Shown here: positions 37,596 to 50,400 of the stretch, piece by piece
Numbering within the stretch: position 1 is the stretch's first letter
How the letters are laid out: the number at the start of each line of letters is the position of its first letter
Assembly (NCBI GenBank): GCA_028826165.1
Contig: JAPDFW010000136.1
Coordinates: 124,001-188,000 of the forward strand
Direction of reading: 5' to 3'
Length of the DNA stretch: 64,000 bases
Origin: Anaeramoeba ignava BMAN
Lineage: Eukaryota > Protista > Anaeramoebae
The notes under the pieces: generated by a model
The model's input: only the letters and a program-made list of their open reading frames with translations
Told to the model about the DNA's origin: nothing
The model's database searches: none
Program-made: the position numbers and the translations under genes

Positions 37596-37831
37596 AAAAG
37601 TTAAAATTTGAAAGTGTTTTTGTTCTTTGAATTCCTTTTTGAATGATTTTTTCCTTTTTTTCTTTTTTGGAATTCTAAAGTTTTAAATTCTTGCTTTATA
37701 AAGAAATGAAGAAAGAATGAAAAAAAAAGAAGAAGAGAAAAAAAAAGAAGAAAGAAGAGAGGAAAAAAAGAAGAAAAGCAAGAAAAGAAAAGAAATTGAA
37801 TGAAAGGTAAAAAAAAATTAAACAACAATCC

Positions 37832-39060
37832 TCATTTATCTTCCTTAAAATCTGTAATTTGTTCTTCACCCATTGAGCTTGTAACAACAGCAAGCAATTC
37901 TTTACCTTCATCAATAGCTGCTTTGATTTTTTCTCCAAGTTCATTAGCTGGAAGTTTTAAATCTTCCTTTGTTTCACCAGCATCAGAAATAAGAGAAATA
38001 AATCCATCATCATTGATAGAAAGAAGCTAATTATATAATAAAATTATTTTAATATAAAATTATTTTAATATAAAATTATTTTAATATAAAATTATTTTAA
38101 TATAAAATTATTTTAATATAAAATTATTTTAATAATCAAATTATTTTAATAATATAAAATTATTTTAATAATCAAATTATTTTAATAATATAAAATTATT
38201 TTAATAATCAAATTATTTTAATAATCAATTATTTTAATAATATCAAATTATTTTAATAATATAAAATTATTTTAATAATAAATTATTTTAATAATATCAA
38301 ATTATTTTAATAATAAATTATTTTAATAATAAATTATTTTAATAATATAAAATTATTTTAATAATATCAAATTATTTTAATAATATAAAATTATTTTAAT
38401 AATCAAATTATTTTAATAATAAAATTATTTTAATAATAAAATTATTTTAATAATCAATTATTTTAATAATATAAAATTATTTTAATATCAAATAATTATT
38501 TTAATAATATAAAATTATTTTAATAATATAAAATTATTTTAATAATATCAAATTATTTTAATAATCAAATTATTTTAATAATCAAATTATTTTAATATTA
38601 AATAATTATTTTAATAATATCAAATTATTTTAATATCAAATTATTTTAATAATATTTACTGCATATTCGTTTCTGTTAACGTATGGTTCTTCTAAATTGT
38701 GAGTTGAAGAAATTGCTTCTTCAATTTTGTTTCCAGTAAAAATGTCAATTCCTGTAAAAGTAACTTTTGCATGACCATGCTATAATTAATTTATAAATGA
38801 ATTTTAATTTTAATTTTAATATTAATTTTAATTTTAATTTTAATTTTAATTTTAATTTTAATTTTAATTTTAATTTTAATTTTAATTTTAATTTTAATTT
38901 TAATTTTAATTTTAATTTTAATTTTAATTTTAATATTTGAAAACGTTACTTTTCCTGTTTTGTGAGTACTCATTCCAACAATTTTGCATGGTCTTCCTTT
39001 TAAAACAATAAATCCTCCTTTACGGAATGCTGATGCTTGTTTTGGAATTGATAAAGACAT
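37832..39060 (-). CDS. EIF5A: Translation factor eIF5A, 3 exons, 141 aa
   Basis: Exons 39060-38950, 38779-38660, 38026-37832. RKGGFIVLKGRPCKIV..STHKTGK|HGHAKV..TGIDIFTG...STHN...EDLKLP...SMGEEQI. Confidence 0.97.
38035..38655 (-). repeat. Intronic 16-21-bp repeat containing aaattattttaata
   Basis: eIF5A intron 2. Confidence 0.9.
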
Positions 39061-39240
39061 TTTTTTTTCTATTTAAATTTAAATATAATTTTAAATATAA
39101 ATTTATATTTTGTTTTTGTATTTAAAAAAATTTTTTTTTTACTTTAATTTTAATAAAAAAATAGTTTTTTTTTAAATTGAAAAATGAAAAATAAAAAATA
39201 AATAAAAAAATTTTTTTTGTTTATTTTTTATTTATTTTTT

Positions 39241-39270
39241 TGAGTGACGTATTTAGTTTTGCCCATTTGA
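39241..39270 (-). promoter_or_regulatory. GC-containing island upstream of eIF5A (GTGACGT, GCCCA)
   Basis: tgagtgacgtatttagttttgcccatttga lies about 185 bp upstream of the eIF5A ATG in otherwise almost pure A/T DNA. Confidence 0.4.
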
Positions 39271-39397
39271 ATAAAAAAAGTTTTAATAAAATTTTCTTAT
39301 TGAAAAAAATTTCATGATCACATCATCCAAAATTTTTTAATTAAAAATAAATAAAAAAAAATAAAAAACAATTCAAATAAAATTTTTTCTTTTTTTT

Positions 39398-40372
39398 TAA
39401 TAAGTTTAATTTAATATTTAATTTATAAATTAATTTAAAAATATAATTTAGTATTTAATTTTATTATTAAAATAATAATTTAATGTTTTAGATTTAAATA
39501 TTTTATTATTTAAATATTTAACATATAAATATAAAAAATAAGAATAGATTTAATTTAATATTTAATTTATAAATTAATTTGAAAATATAATTTAATATTT
39601 AATTCTATGTTTAAAATAATAATTTAATGTTTTAGATTTAAATATTTTATTATTAAAATATTTAGCATAAAAATATAAAAATAAGAATAGGTTTAATTTA
39701 ATATTTAATTTATAAATTAATTTAAAAATATAATTTATTATTTAATTTTATTTTTAAAATAATAATTTATTGTTTTAGATTTAAATATTTTATTATTTAA
39801 ATATTAAACATAAAAATATAAAAAAATAAGAATAAGTTTAATTTAATATTTAATTTATAAATCAATTTAAAAATATAATTTAATATTTAATTCTATTATT
39901 AAAATAATAATTTAATGTTTTTAAATTTAAATATTTTATTATTTAAATATTTAGCATAAAAATATAAAAAATGAGAATAGATTTAATTTAATATTTAATT
40001 TATAAATTAATTTAAAAATATAATTTAATATTTAATTTATGTTTAAAATAATAATTTATTTTTTTAGATTTAAATATTTTATTATTTAAATATTTAACAA
40101 ATAAAATATAAAAATAAGAATAGATTTAATTTAATATCCAATTTATAAATTAATTTAAAAATATAATTTAATATTTAATTCTATGTTTAAAATAATAATT
40201 TATTGTTTTAGATTTAAATATTTTATTATTTAAATATTTAACATATAAATATAAAAAATGAGAATAGATTTAATTTAATATTTAATTTATAAATTAATTT
40301 AAAAATATAATTTAATATTTAATTTTATGTTTAAAATAATAATTTATTGTTTTAAATTTAAATATTTTATTA
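39398..40372. repeat. Intergenic tandem array, about 144-bp unit x6.7
   Basis: (a/g)agaata(g) anchor at 39540, 39683, 39828, 39973, 40116, 40260. Confidence 0.93.
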
Positions 40373-40381
40373 AAAAAAAAA

Positions 40382-40415
40382 TTTTTTTTCATTTTTTTCA
40401 TTTTTTTCACTTTAT
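40382..40415 (+). promoter_or_regulatory. Putative initiator-like TTTCA(T/C)TT repeats just upstream of ATG
   Basis: ttttcattt/ttttcact runs lie shortly before many ATGs (also about 8905, 12770, 21220, 45950, 47394, 52222, and on the minus strand at 29722-29756). They resemble the TCAY Inr of metamonads; function is inferred. Confidence 0.45.
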
Positions 40416-40435
40416 CAAAAAATCAAAAAATAAAA

Positions 40436-43400
40436 ATGAATTTAATTTTAAAATGCATTGAAGAAAACAAAATTGAATATTTAAAACAAATTGAAACCTT
40501 TCCAGAAAATCAAATAATTAAAATTGGAAATGAAAATCAAACCATTTTAAATTTTTCAATTAAAAAACAAGTTTCAAAAGAAATAATTGAAAATTTAATT
40601 TCAAAAGGTGCAAATCCAAATTTAACAGATATTTTAGGAAAGAATTCTTTACATTTTGCTTGTGAAAATCCAAATATTTCAATTGGAATTATCAAATTAT
40701 TAATTTCAAAAGGAATTAATATTAATTCAAAAACAAATGAAAATGAAACTGCTTTACATTTTGCTTGCCAAAATCCAAATATTTCTATTGAAATTATTCA
40801 ATTATTAATTTCAAATGGAATTAATATTAATGTTAATGCAAAACCATTATTCTCTCTTACTTCACTTTTCAGTACTGAAAGAAATTCAATAAATGCTTTA
40901 CATTTTGCTTGTAAAAATCCAAATATTTCAATTGAAATTATCAAATTATTAATTTCAAATGGAATTAATATTAATTCAAAAACAAATGATAATGAAACTG
41001 CTTTACATTTTGCTTGCCAAAATCCAAATATTTCAATTGAAATTATTCAATCATTAATTTCAAATGGAATTGATATTAATTCAGAAACAAAAAATAATGA
41101 AACTGCTTTACATTTTGCTTGCAAAAATCAAAATCCAAATATTTCAATGGAAATTATCCAATTATTAATTTCAAATGGAATTGATATTAATTCAAAAACA
41201 AAATATAATAAAACTGCTTTACATTTTGCTTGCCAAAATCCAAATATTTCAATTGAAATTATCAAATTATTAATTTCAAAAGGAATTAATATTAATTCAA
41301 AAACAAATTATAATGAAACTGCTTTACATTTTGCTTGTGAAAATCCAAATATTTCAATTGAAATTATCAAATCATTAATTTCAAATGGAATTGATATTAA
41401 TGCTAATGCAAAATCATTATTCTCTCATACTTCACTTTTCAATACTAGAAAAAATTCAATAAATGCTTTACATTTTGCTTGCAAAAATCCAAATATTTCA
41501 ATTGAAATTATTCAATTATTAATTTCAAATGGAATTAATATTAATTCAAAAACAAATAATAATGAAACTGCTTTACATTTTGCTTGTCAAAACACAAACC
41601 CAAACATTTCAATTGAAATTATCAAATCATTAATTTCCAAAGGAATTAATATTAATTCAAAAACAAATGAAAACAAAACTGCTTTACATCTTTGCTTGCC
41701 AAAATCCAAATATTTCAATTGAAATTATCCAATTATTAATTTCAAATGGAATTGATATTAATTCAAAAACAAATGATAATGAAACTGCTTTACATTTTGC
41801 TTGTAAAAACCTAAATATTTCACTTGAAATTATTCAATTATTAATTTCAAATGGAATTGATATTAATGTTCATGCTAATACACCATTAATCTCCCATACT
41901 TCACTTTTCAACATCAGAAAAAATTCAATAAATGCATTAAATCTTGCTTGTCAAAACCCAAATATTTCAATTGAAATTATCCAATTATTAATTTCAAATG
42001 GAATTGATATTAATTCAAAAACAGATGATAATGAAACTGCTTTACATTTTGCTTGCCAAAATCAAAATCCAAATATTTCAATTGAAATTATACAATTATT
42101 AATTTCAAATGGAATTAATATTAATTCAAAAACAAATGATAACAAAACTGCTTTACATCTTGCTTGTGAAAATCCAAATCTTTCACTTGAAATTATCAAA
42201 TTACTAATTTCAAATGGAATTAATATTAATTCAAAAACGAATGATAATAAAACTACTTTACATTTTGCTTGTGAAAATCCAAATATTTCATTTGAAATTA
42301 TTCAATTATTAATTTCAAATGGAATTGATATTAATTCAAAAACGAATGATAATGAAACTGCTTTACATCTTGCTTGTAAAAATCCAAATATTTCAATTGA
42401 AATTATCCAATTATTAATTTCAAATGGAATTGATATTAATTCAAAAACAAAATATAATGAAACTGCTTTACATTTTGCTTGCCAAAATCGAAATATTTCA
42501 CTTGAAATTATTCAATTATTAATTTCAAATGGAATTGATATTAATTCAAAAACAGATATGATAATGAAACTGCTTTACATTTTGCTTGTCAAAATACAAA
42601 TCCAAATATTTCAATTAAAATTATCCAATTATTAATTTCAAAAGGAATCGATATTGATGTAACAATCAATTTATCAATGAATCCATTTTTCATAAGAAGA
42701 AAAAAAAAGAAAAGAGATAATTCACGTTCGATATCATCCTTATTTGAACAAGATAATCCAAAAAAAAATACACAAAATCTCACTTTATTACATTTTGCTT
42801 GCTTGAATCCACACTCAAATATTTCAATTGAAATTATCAAGTTATTAGTTTCAAAAGGAATTAATATTAATTCAAAAACAGATGATAATGAAAATGCTTT
42901 GCATCTTGTTTGTCAAAATCCAAATATTTCAATTGAAATTATTCAATTATTAATTTCAAATGGAATTAATATTAATTCAAAAACAAATGATAATAAAACT
43001 GCATTACATCTTGCTTGTCAAAATCAAAATCCAAATATTTCTATTGAAATTATCAAATTATTAATTTCAAATGGAATTGATATTAATTCAAAAACAGATG
43101 ATAATGAAAATGCTTTGCATCTTGCTTGTCAAAATCCAAATATTTCATTTGAAATTATCCAATTATTAATTTCAAATGGAATTGATATTAATGCAAAAAC
43201 AAATGATAACAAAACTGCTTTGCATCTTGCTTGTCAAAATACAAATATTTCACTTGAAATTATCAAATTATTAATTTCAAATGGAATTGAACTTAATGAT
43301 ACTTCTCTTGCTTTTAATGATTCAAATACCCAAAGATTAAATGATTTTGATTTAGGAATGCCAATATTTAGTCAATCAATTCCTAAACCAAAAAATACAT

Positions 43401-45808
43401 TAAATGCTTTACATTTTGCTTGCCAAAATAAAAATTCAAAATCTCTTAAAATTATCCAATTATTAATTTCAAAAGGAATTGATATTAATTCAAAAACGAA
43501 TGATAATAAAACTGCTTTACATTTTGCTTGTGATAATAAAAATCTTTCACTTGAAATTATCAAATTATTAATTTCAAAAGGAATTGATATTAATTCAAAA
43601 ACAAAATATAATGAAACTGCTTTACATTTTGCCTGTCAAAATCAAAATACAAATACTTCATTTAAAATTATCAAATTATTAATTTCAAAAGGAATTGATA
43701 TTAATTCAAAAACAAATAATAATAAAACTGCTTTACATTTTGCTTGTGAAAATCCAAATCTTTCACTTGAAATTATCAAATTATTAATTTCAAATGGAAT
43801 TGAACTTAATGATACTTCTCTTGCTTTTAATGATTCAAATACCCAAAGATTAAATGATTTTCGATTCAGGAATTTCAATATTTGGTCAATCAATTCCTAA
43901 ACCAAAAAATACATTAAATGCTTTACATTTTGCTTGCCAAAATAAAAATTCAAAATCTCTTGAAATTATTCAATTATTAATTTCAAAAGGAATTGATATT
44001 AATTCAAAAACAAATGATAATGAAACTGCTTTACATCTTGTTTGTCAAAATCAAAATTCAAATATTTCTATTAAAATTATCAAATTATTAATTTCAAAAG
44101 GAATTGATATTAATTCAAAAACAAATGATAATGAAACTGCTTTACATCTTGTTTGTCAAAATCAAAATTCAAAATCTCTTGAAATTATTCAATTATTAAT
44201 TTCAAAAGGAATTGATATTAATTCAAAAACAAATGATAATGAAACTGCTTTACATCTTGTTTGTCAAAATCAAAATCCAAATATTTCTATTAAAATTATC
44301 AAATTATTAATTTCAAATGGAATTGATATTAATTCAAAAACAAATGATAATGAAACTGCTTTACATCTTGTTTGTCAAAATCAAAACCCAAATATTTCTA
44401 TTGAAATTATCAAATTATTAATTTCAAAAGGAATTGATATTAATTCAAAAACAATTTATAATGAAACTGCTTTACATTTTGCTTGTCAAAATACAAATAC
44501 ATCTATTGAAATTATTCAATTATTAATTTCAAATGGAATTAATATTAATTCAAAAACAAATAATAATGAAACTGCTTTACATTTTGCTTGTGAAAATTCA
44601 AATCCATCATTTGAAATTATTCAATTATTAATTTCAAAATGGAATTGATATAAATGTTAGTGCAAAATCATTAAAATCTCGTTTTTTATTTTCTACTACA
44701 AGAAAAAATTTAATGAGTGCTTTACATCTTGCTTGTCAAAATCCAAATATTTCTCTTGAAATTATTCAATTATTAATTTCAAATGGAATTGATATTAATG
44801 CAAAAACAGATGATAATGAAACTGCTCTTTCAATAGTAATTAATCAAAATAGAAAAGATTTAATTCAATTATTATTGATGAATGATGCAAATTTTTTTGA
44901 TTTATCAGAAAAAGAACTTACAAATCAATTTATTCAATTATTTTATCAAATTTATTCAATTAATCAAGATATGAATCAATTATTAAACTCAAATAATAAT
45001 GATAATGAAGATAATTTTTCAGATTTACAAATTCAATCAAATGATTCTTCAAAATTTAATATTCATAAATTAATTTTATTAACAAGATTTGATAATAATG
45101 AATTAATTTTACAAAAATTTATTAATATTTGTTTTCAAAAACCAAAAGAAGATGTTGAACTTATTCTCAATTTTCTTTATACAGGATTTATTGATTTCAA
45201 TAATTTTATTCAAAAATTAAATGAAAAAAAAGAAAATACAATTTCAAATAATAATAATCATAATATTAATTTCAAACAAAGTCTTTTTTAGTTTTTCTAG
45301 ATTATCCACCAATAAATCAGAAATAACAAAAGAAAATTTAACAGAAAAATTCAAAATAAAAGAAAAAGAAAATAAATTAATTGAATTATTTAAAGAAATT
45401 GGAATTGATTCAAAATTGATTGAAATTAAAAAAGGAAGAAAAGGAATAATAAAAGATTTATCAAAATTATATAAAAATGAAACAACAAAAGATTTTAAAA
45501 TAATAATTTCAAATGAAAAAGAAATTAAAGTTCATAAATTAATATTAATAATCAGAAGTGAATTATATAAAGGAATGTTTTTAAATGTTAAAGATTCATC
45601 AAATCAAGTTCATGATTACTCAGAAAAATCAAATGAAACAATTCAACAATTCATTTATTTTCTTTATCATGATAAATTTGAAAAAGAAACAAAAGAATTT
45701 TCAAATGAAATTCAAAAAGAATTTTCAGATTTAAAAGATTATTTTCAATTAAATCAAAATTCAATAATTGATTTAATTTTATCAAATTATTTTCCAAATC
45801 AAAATTAA
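40436..45808 (+). CDS. Giant ankyrin-repeat (roughly 38-40 repeats) + tandem BTB protein; intronless, about 5 frameshifts in this sequence
   Basis: Consecutive overlapping ORFs with ETALHFACQNPNISIEIIQLLISNGIDIN repeats and C-terminal BTBs (NIHKLILLTR; IKVHKLILIIRSELYKGMF). Frame changes near 41690, 42558, 43860, 44637 and 45285. Confidence 0.85.
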
Positions 45809-45986
45809 AATTAAAATTAAAATTAAAATTAAAATTAAAATTTAAATTTCAAATCAAATTTAAAATTTTTCATTTTTTTCATTTTTTTTATCTAATTTTT
45901 CATTTTTCAAAATTAAAATTAAAATTAAAATTAAAATTTTCAAATTTTCATTTTTCATTTTTCATTTTTCATTTTTCATTTTTTTT

Positions 45987-47346
45987 ATGACAGTTAGTAT
46001 TTATTTTAAAAAAATTTCATTTAATTCAAATTAATTCAAATTAACGTTCATTTCAAAAATAATAAAAATAAAAATAAAAATAAAAATAAAAAGGGAATTG
46101 ATGAAACTTATAGAAGAAAATGGAATAAAGAAGAATATCTTAAGAAAATTGAAGAAAGAGATCAAAATAAGAAACAGCAATTAATAGATAAAATTATGGG
46201 AAAAAAGAATAAAAAAAGGAAATCAACAGGAAGTAATAAAGAAGTTGTTGATATAAATGAAGAAACAACAAGAAAAGAAAGAGAAAAAGAATTTCAAAAT
46301 CTCGATGAAAGAATCGGTCAAAAAATAACAACAGGAATTAATGATTTAACTCAAGGAGCTTTTTGTTGTACAATTTGTAATAGAAGATTTACTGATTCAC
46401 AGAGTTATTATGATCATATGAACAGTCGAGAACGTAATTAAAATTAAAATTAAAATTCATTTATAAAATTAAAATTAAAACTAAAATTTGATATTAAAAT
46501 TAAAATTAAAATTAAAATTAAAAATTAAAATTCAAATTTAAATTAATATTAAAATTTGAATTAAAATTAAAATTAAAATTAAAATTAAAATTAAAATTAA
46601 AATTAAAATTAAAATTAAAATTAAAATTAAAAATTAAATTTAAAATTAAAATTAAAATTAAAATTAAAATTAAAATTAAAATTAAAATTAAAATTAAAAT
46701 TAAAATTAAAATTAAAATTAAAATTAAAATTAAAATTAAAATTAAAATTAAAATTTAAAAATTAAAATTAAAAATTTAAAAAAAAAATTAAAATTAAAAT
46801 TAAAATTAAAATTAAAATTTAAAATTATAAAATTTAAAATTAAAATTAAAATTAAAATTAAAATTAAAATTAAATTTAAAATTAAAATTAAAATTAAAAT
46901 TTAAATTTAAATCAAAATTAAAATTAAAATTAAAATTAAAATTAAAATTTGAATTAAAAACTTTTTTTCCGATTTCTTATTCTTTTTAATTTATTTAGAT
47001 TTAAGAAAAGCTGGTATTAAAGTTAATAAAAAAAAAACTACAAAAAATGAAATTCAAGAACTTTTTAAAAAAAAAAAAGAAGAAATTATTGAAAATAAAA
47101 CAAAAAAAGAAAAGAAAAATGAAGAAAAAGAAATTGAAATTGAAGAAAAATTAACAGGAAAAAAACAATTAGAAAAACAAAAACAATTAGAAAAACAATT
47201 AGAAAAAGAAAATAAAAATAAAAATAAAAAGAAAAAGAAACAAAAATAAAAACAATCAAGAAAAAATTGAAGAAAATCCTTTTATTAATTCAGAAATTGC
47301 AAATTTAATGGGTTTTGGGACATTTGGTTCATCAATAAAAAAATAA
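45987..47346 (+). CDS. ZMAT2: ZMAT2/Snu23-like U1-type zinc-finger spliceosomal protein, 3 exons
   Basis: Exons 45987-45992 (MT), 46094-46433 (YRRKWNKEEY...GAFCCTICNRRFTDSQSYYDHMNSREH), 46999-47346 ending IANLMGFGTFGSSIKK*. Exon 3 needs a 1-nt correction in a poly-A run. Confidence 0.85.
46436..46958 (+). repeat. Intronic (aaaatt)n
   Basis: ZMAT2 intron 2. Confidence 0.9.
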
Positions 47347-47432
47347 AATAAAATAAAACAAAATTATAAAAAAAAAAAGCAAAAAAATTTTTTTTTCATT
47401 TTTTTTTTCATTTTTTTTTTAATAATTAAAAA

Positions 47433-50400
47433 ATGTTAAATCAAAAAAAAAGTCAAATTATTCAACATAAAAAATTAAAGGAAATGATAATTTCAATTGA
47501 AAATAATTTTTTAATAAATCAAAACTATGAAATTAAAAAGACAAGTTTTGTTCTTCGTGTTCAAGATTGTGATCAAGAAACTCGTTCATTTTTTGATTCT
47601 CAACCTTTTTATAAAATTAAATTTGAAGTTGATATTTCTCTTTATCTTTGTCAAAATATTGCAGCTGATTTTTTAGTTTTAATAAATGATTTTTTAAATT
47701 TTAAATCTCAAAAAACAATTGATGCTATTTCTCAAATTTTAGATGATTTGAAAAAGAGAATTGATTTATTTATTCAATTTATTAAAAAAAATCAAAATTT
47801 ACAAAAATCTGAAAAAAAGAATTTATCAAATTTTAAATCAATGAAGTTACCAATTTCTTTAAAGCAAAATAAAATTGAAAATAAAATTGAAAATAAAATT
47901 GAAAATAAAATTAAAAACAAAATTGAAAATAAAATTGAAAATCAAAATCAAAATCAAATTGAAAATCAAAATCAAAATAAAATTCAAAATAAAATTGAAA
48001 ACAAAATTGAAAACAAAATTGAAAACAAAATTGAAAATCAAAATAAAATTGAAAATCAAAATCAAATTCAAATTCAAAATCAAAATCAAATTCAAAATCA
48101 AAATCAAAATCAAAATCAAATTCAAAATCAAATTCAAAATAAAATTGAAAACAAAATTGAAAACAAAATTGAAAATCAAAATCAAAATCAAAATCAAAAT
48201 CAAAATCAAAATCAAAATCAAAATCAAATTAAAATTGAAAATCAAAATCAAAATCAAAATCAAATTCAAAATCAAATTCAAAATCAAATTCAAAATCAAA
48301 TTCAAAATCAAAATCAAAATGAAAATCAAAATCAAATTCAAATTGAAATTGAAAATCAAAATCAAAATCAAATTCAAATTGAAAATAATGAAAATCAAAA
48401 TCAAAATCAAAATCAAAATCAAATTCAAAATCGAAATCAAATTCAAAATCAAAATCAAATTGAAAATCAAAATCAAATTCAAATTGAAAATAATGAAAAT
48501 CAAAATGAAAATCAAAATCAAAATCAAAATGAAATCCCAAAAATTATCAAACATCATATTTTTAATGCTAAGAAAAAATTTCAAAAACAAATACTTAATT
48601 CAATTATTTTCCCAAAACCTAAAAAAGAAATATCAGCAAAAATAAAACAAAATGAAAATAAAAATTTGAATAAAAACTCAAGTAATTCTGAAACAAATGA
48701 AGAAATCAAGGAAAAAAAAGAACCAAACATAAACTTAACAGAAAATATAAGAAAAGAAAATGATAATAAAATTGTTAAGGATAATGAAAAAAAGGAAAAT
48801 ATTCAAAATATTGAAAATTCACCATTAAAACAAATTCCAAAAATTGAAACACTTCCTCCACCACCAAAACTTATAAAAAAAGCAAATTCACAAATATTTA
48901 AAGATATAAAAGAAAATGAAAATAAAAATGAAAATGAAAAAGAATTGGAAGATTTTGTCAAAGTTTTTCTTCCTGATGGAACATACCGCACTTTTAAAAT
49001 TACAGACAAAACAACCATTCAAGAACTTAATGATATTGTTCATGGAAAACTACAACTTATTGGAGAATTTATTGATTTCATTTTAATTGAACAAAAGGGA
49101 AAAGAAGAAAGAATTCTCCAACCAAAACTCAAAGTAAATTATATTCGTTCTAAATGGACTGATGATAATATTGATGATTTTGAACGATTGGTATACAAAA
49201 AAAAATCGGAAATTATTACCAAAAACATACTCAAAACAGAAGATAAAATGATAACAAGAATTTATTTTGAAGATGGATCATTTAAAACAGTCCAAATTAC
49301 AAACAGAACAAAATGCATGGATCTTGTTAAGGCAATTAGTAAGAAAATTCGATTGGATCATTTTGGTGGATTTGAAATTTTTGAAAAAATTTTTGTTTCC
49401 GATTTGGATTCAGTCCAAGGAAATCAAGCCAAAGAAACAAATATTGAGAAATCAAATATTCAACAAAATTCAAGTGTTATAAATGATTCAATGAAACTCA
49501 GACAATCAAGATATTCAAAAATGAATGTTCAATTTGGAAGAGGAAAATTTCGATATCGACTTTGTGAAAATGATGAAAAACCTTTTGAAATTATTCGTGA
49601 TTGGGAAAATAACTCAATTTATGGATTTCTTGTTTTTAGAGACAGTGGGTTTTCAGTTCCCACAAGAAGAAGTGCAATGTATAAAGGATTTTATTTATCT
49701 GAAGAAAAGATTAAGATTATTAAGAAAGAGGAAGAAGAAGAAGAAAGAAGAAAAATGAATCAATTTAAACAAAAAACTTCAATTTTGAATTTACTTGAAA
49801 ATGAAAAAGAAAATCAAAATCAAAATCAAAATCAAAATCAAAATCAAAACGAAAATAAAATTGAAAATCAAAATCAAAATCAAAATCAAAATCAAAATCA
49901 AAATCAAAATCAAAATCAAAACGAAAATGAAAATGAAAATAAAATTGAAAATCAAAATCAAAATCAAAATCAAAATCAAAATCAAAATCAAAATCAAAAT
50001 CAAATTAAAATTGAAAATCAAATTAAAATTGAAAATCAAAATTTAAAAGAAAATCAAAATCAAATTAAGTTGAATATAAATAATCCAAATTTAAACCCAA
50101 AAAGTATTGTATTTTCTATTGAAGGAGACTATACTGGTGTTGTTCAATATCTTTCAGATGAAAAAGAAAATAAATGGATTAATACATTTTTATCTTTACA
50201 AGGAAATCGAATTTATTTGTTTTTAAATTTCGATTCATTAACTCCAACTGAAACTATTTCATTAATTAATGCACAACTTAATGCAAATAGAGATAAATTA
50301 TTTTCATATAATAAGAAATATGTATTTTCAGTAACAACAATTGAAGGAGAAGTTTATTGTTTTTCCTGTTCTTCATTAAAACAAGTTCTTGGTTGGAAAA

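Noticed and set aside
40436-45808. Programmed frameshifting, or six separate ankyrin genes
   Set aside because: Most breaks fall in or beside short homopolymers, like those at 9265 and in ZMAT2 exon 3. This fits long-read indel error or decay of one gene.
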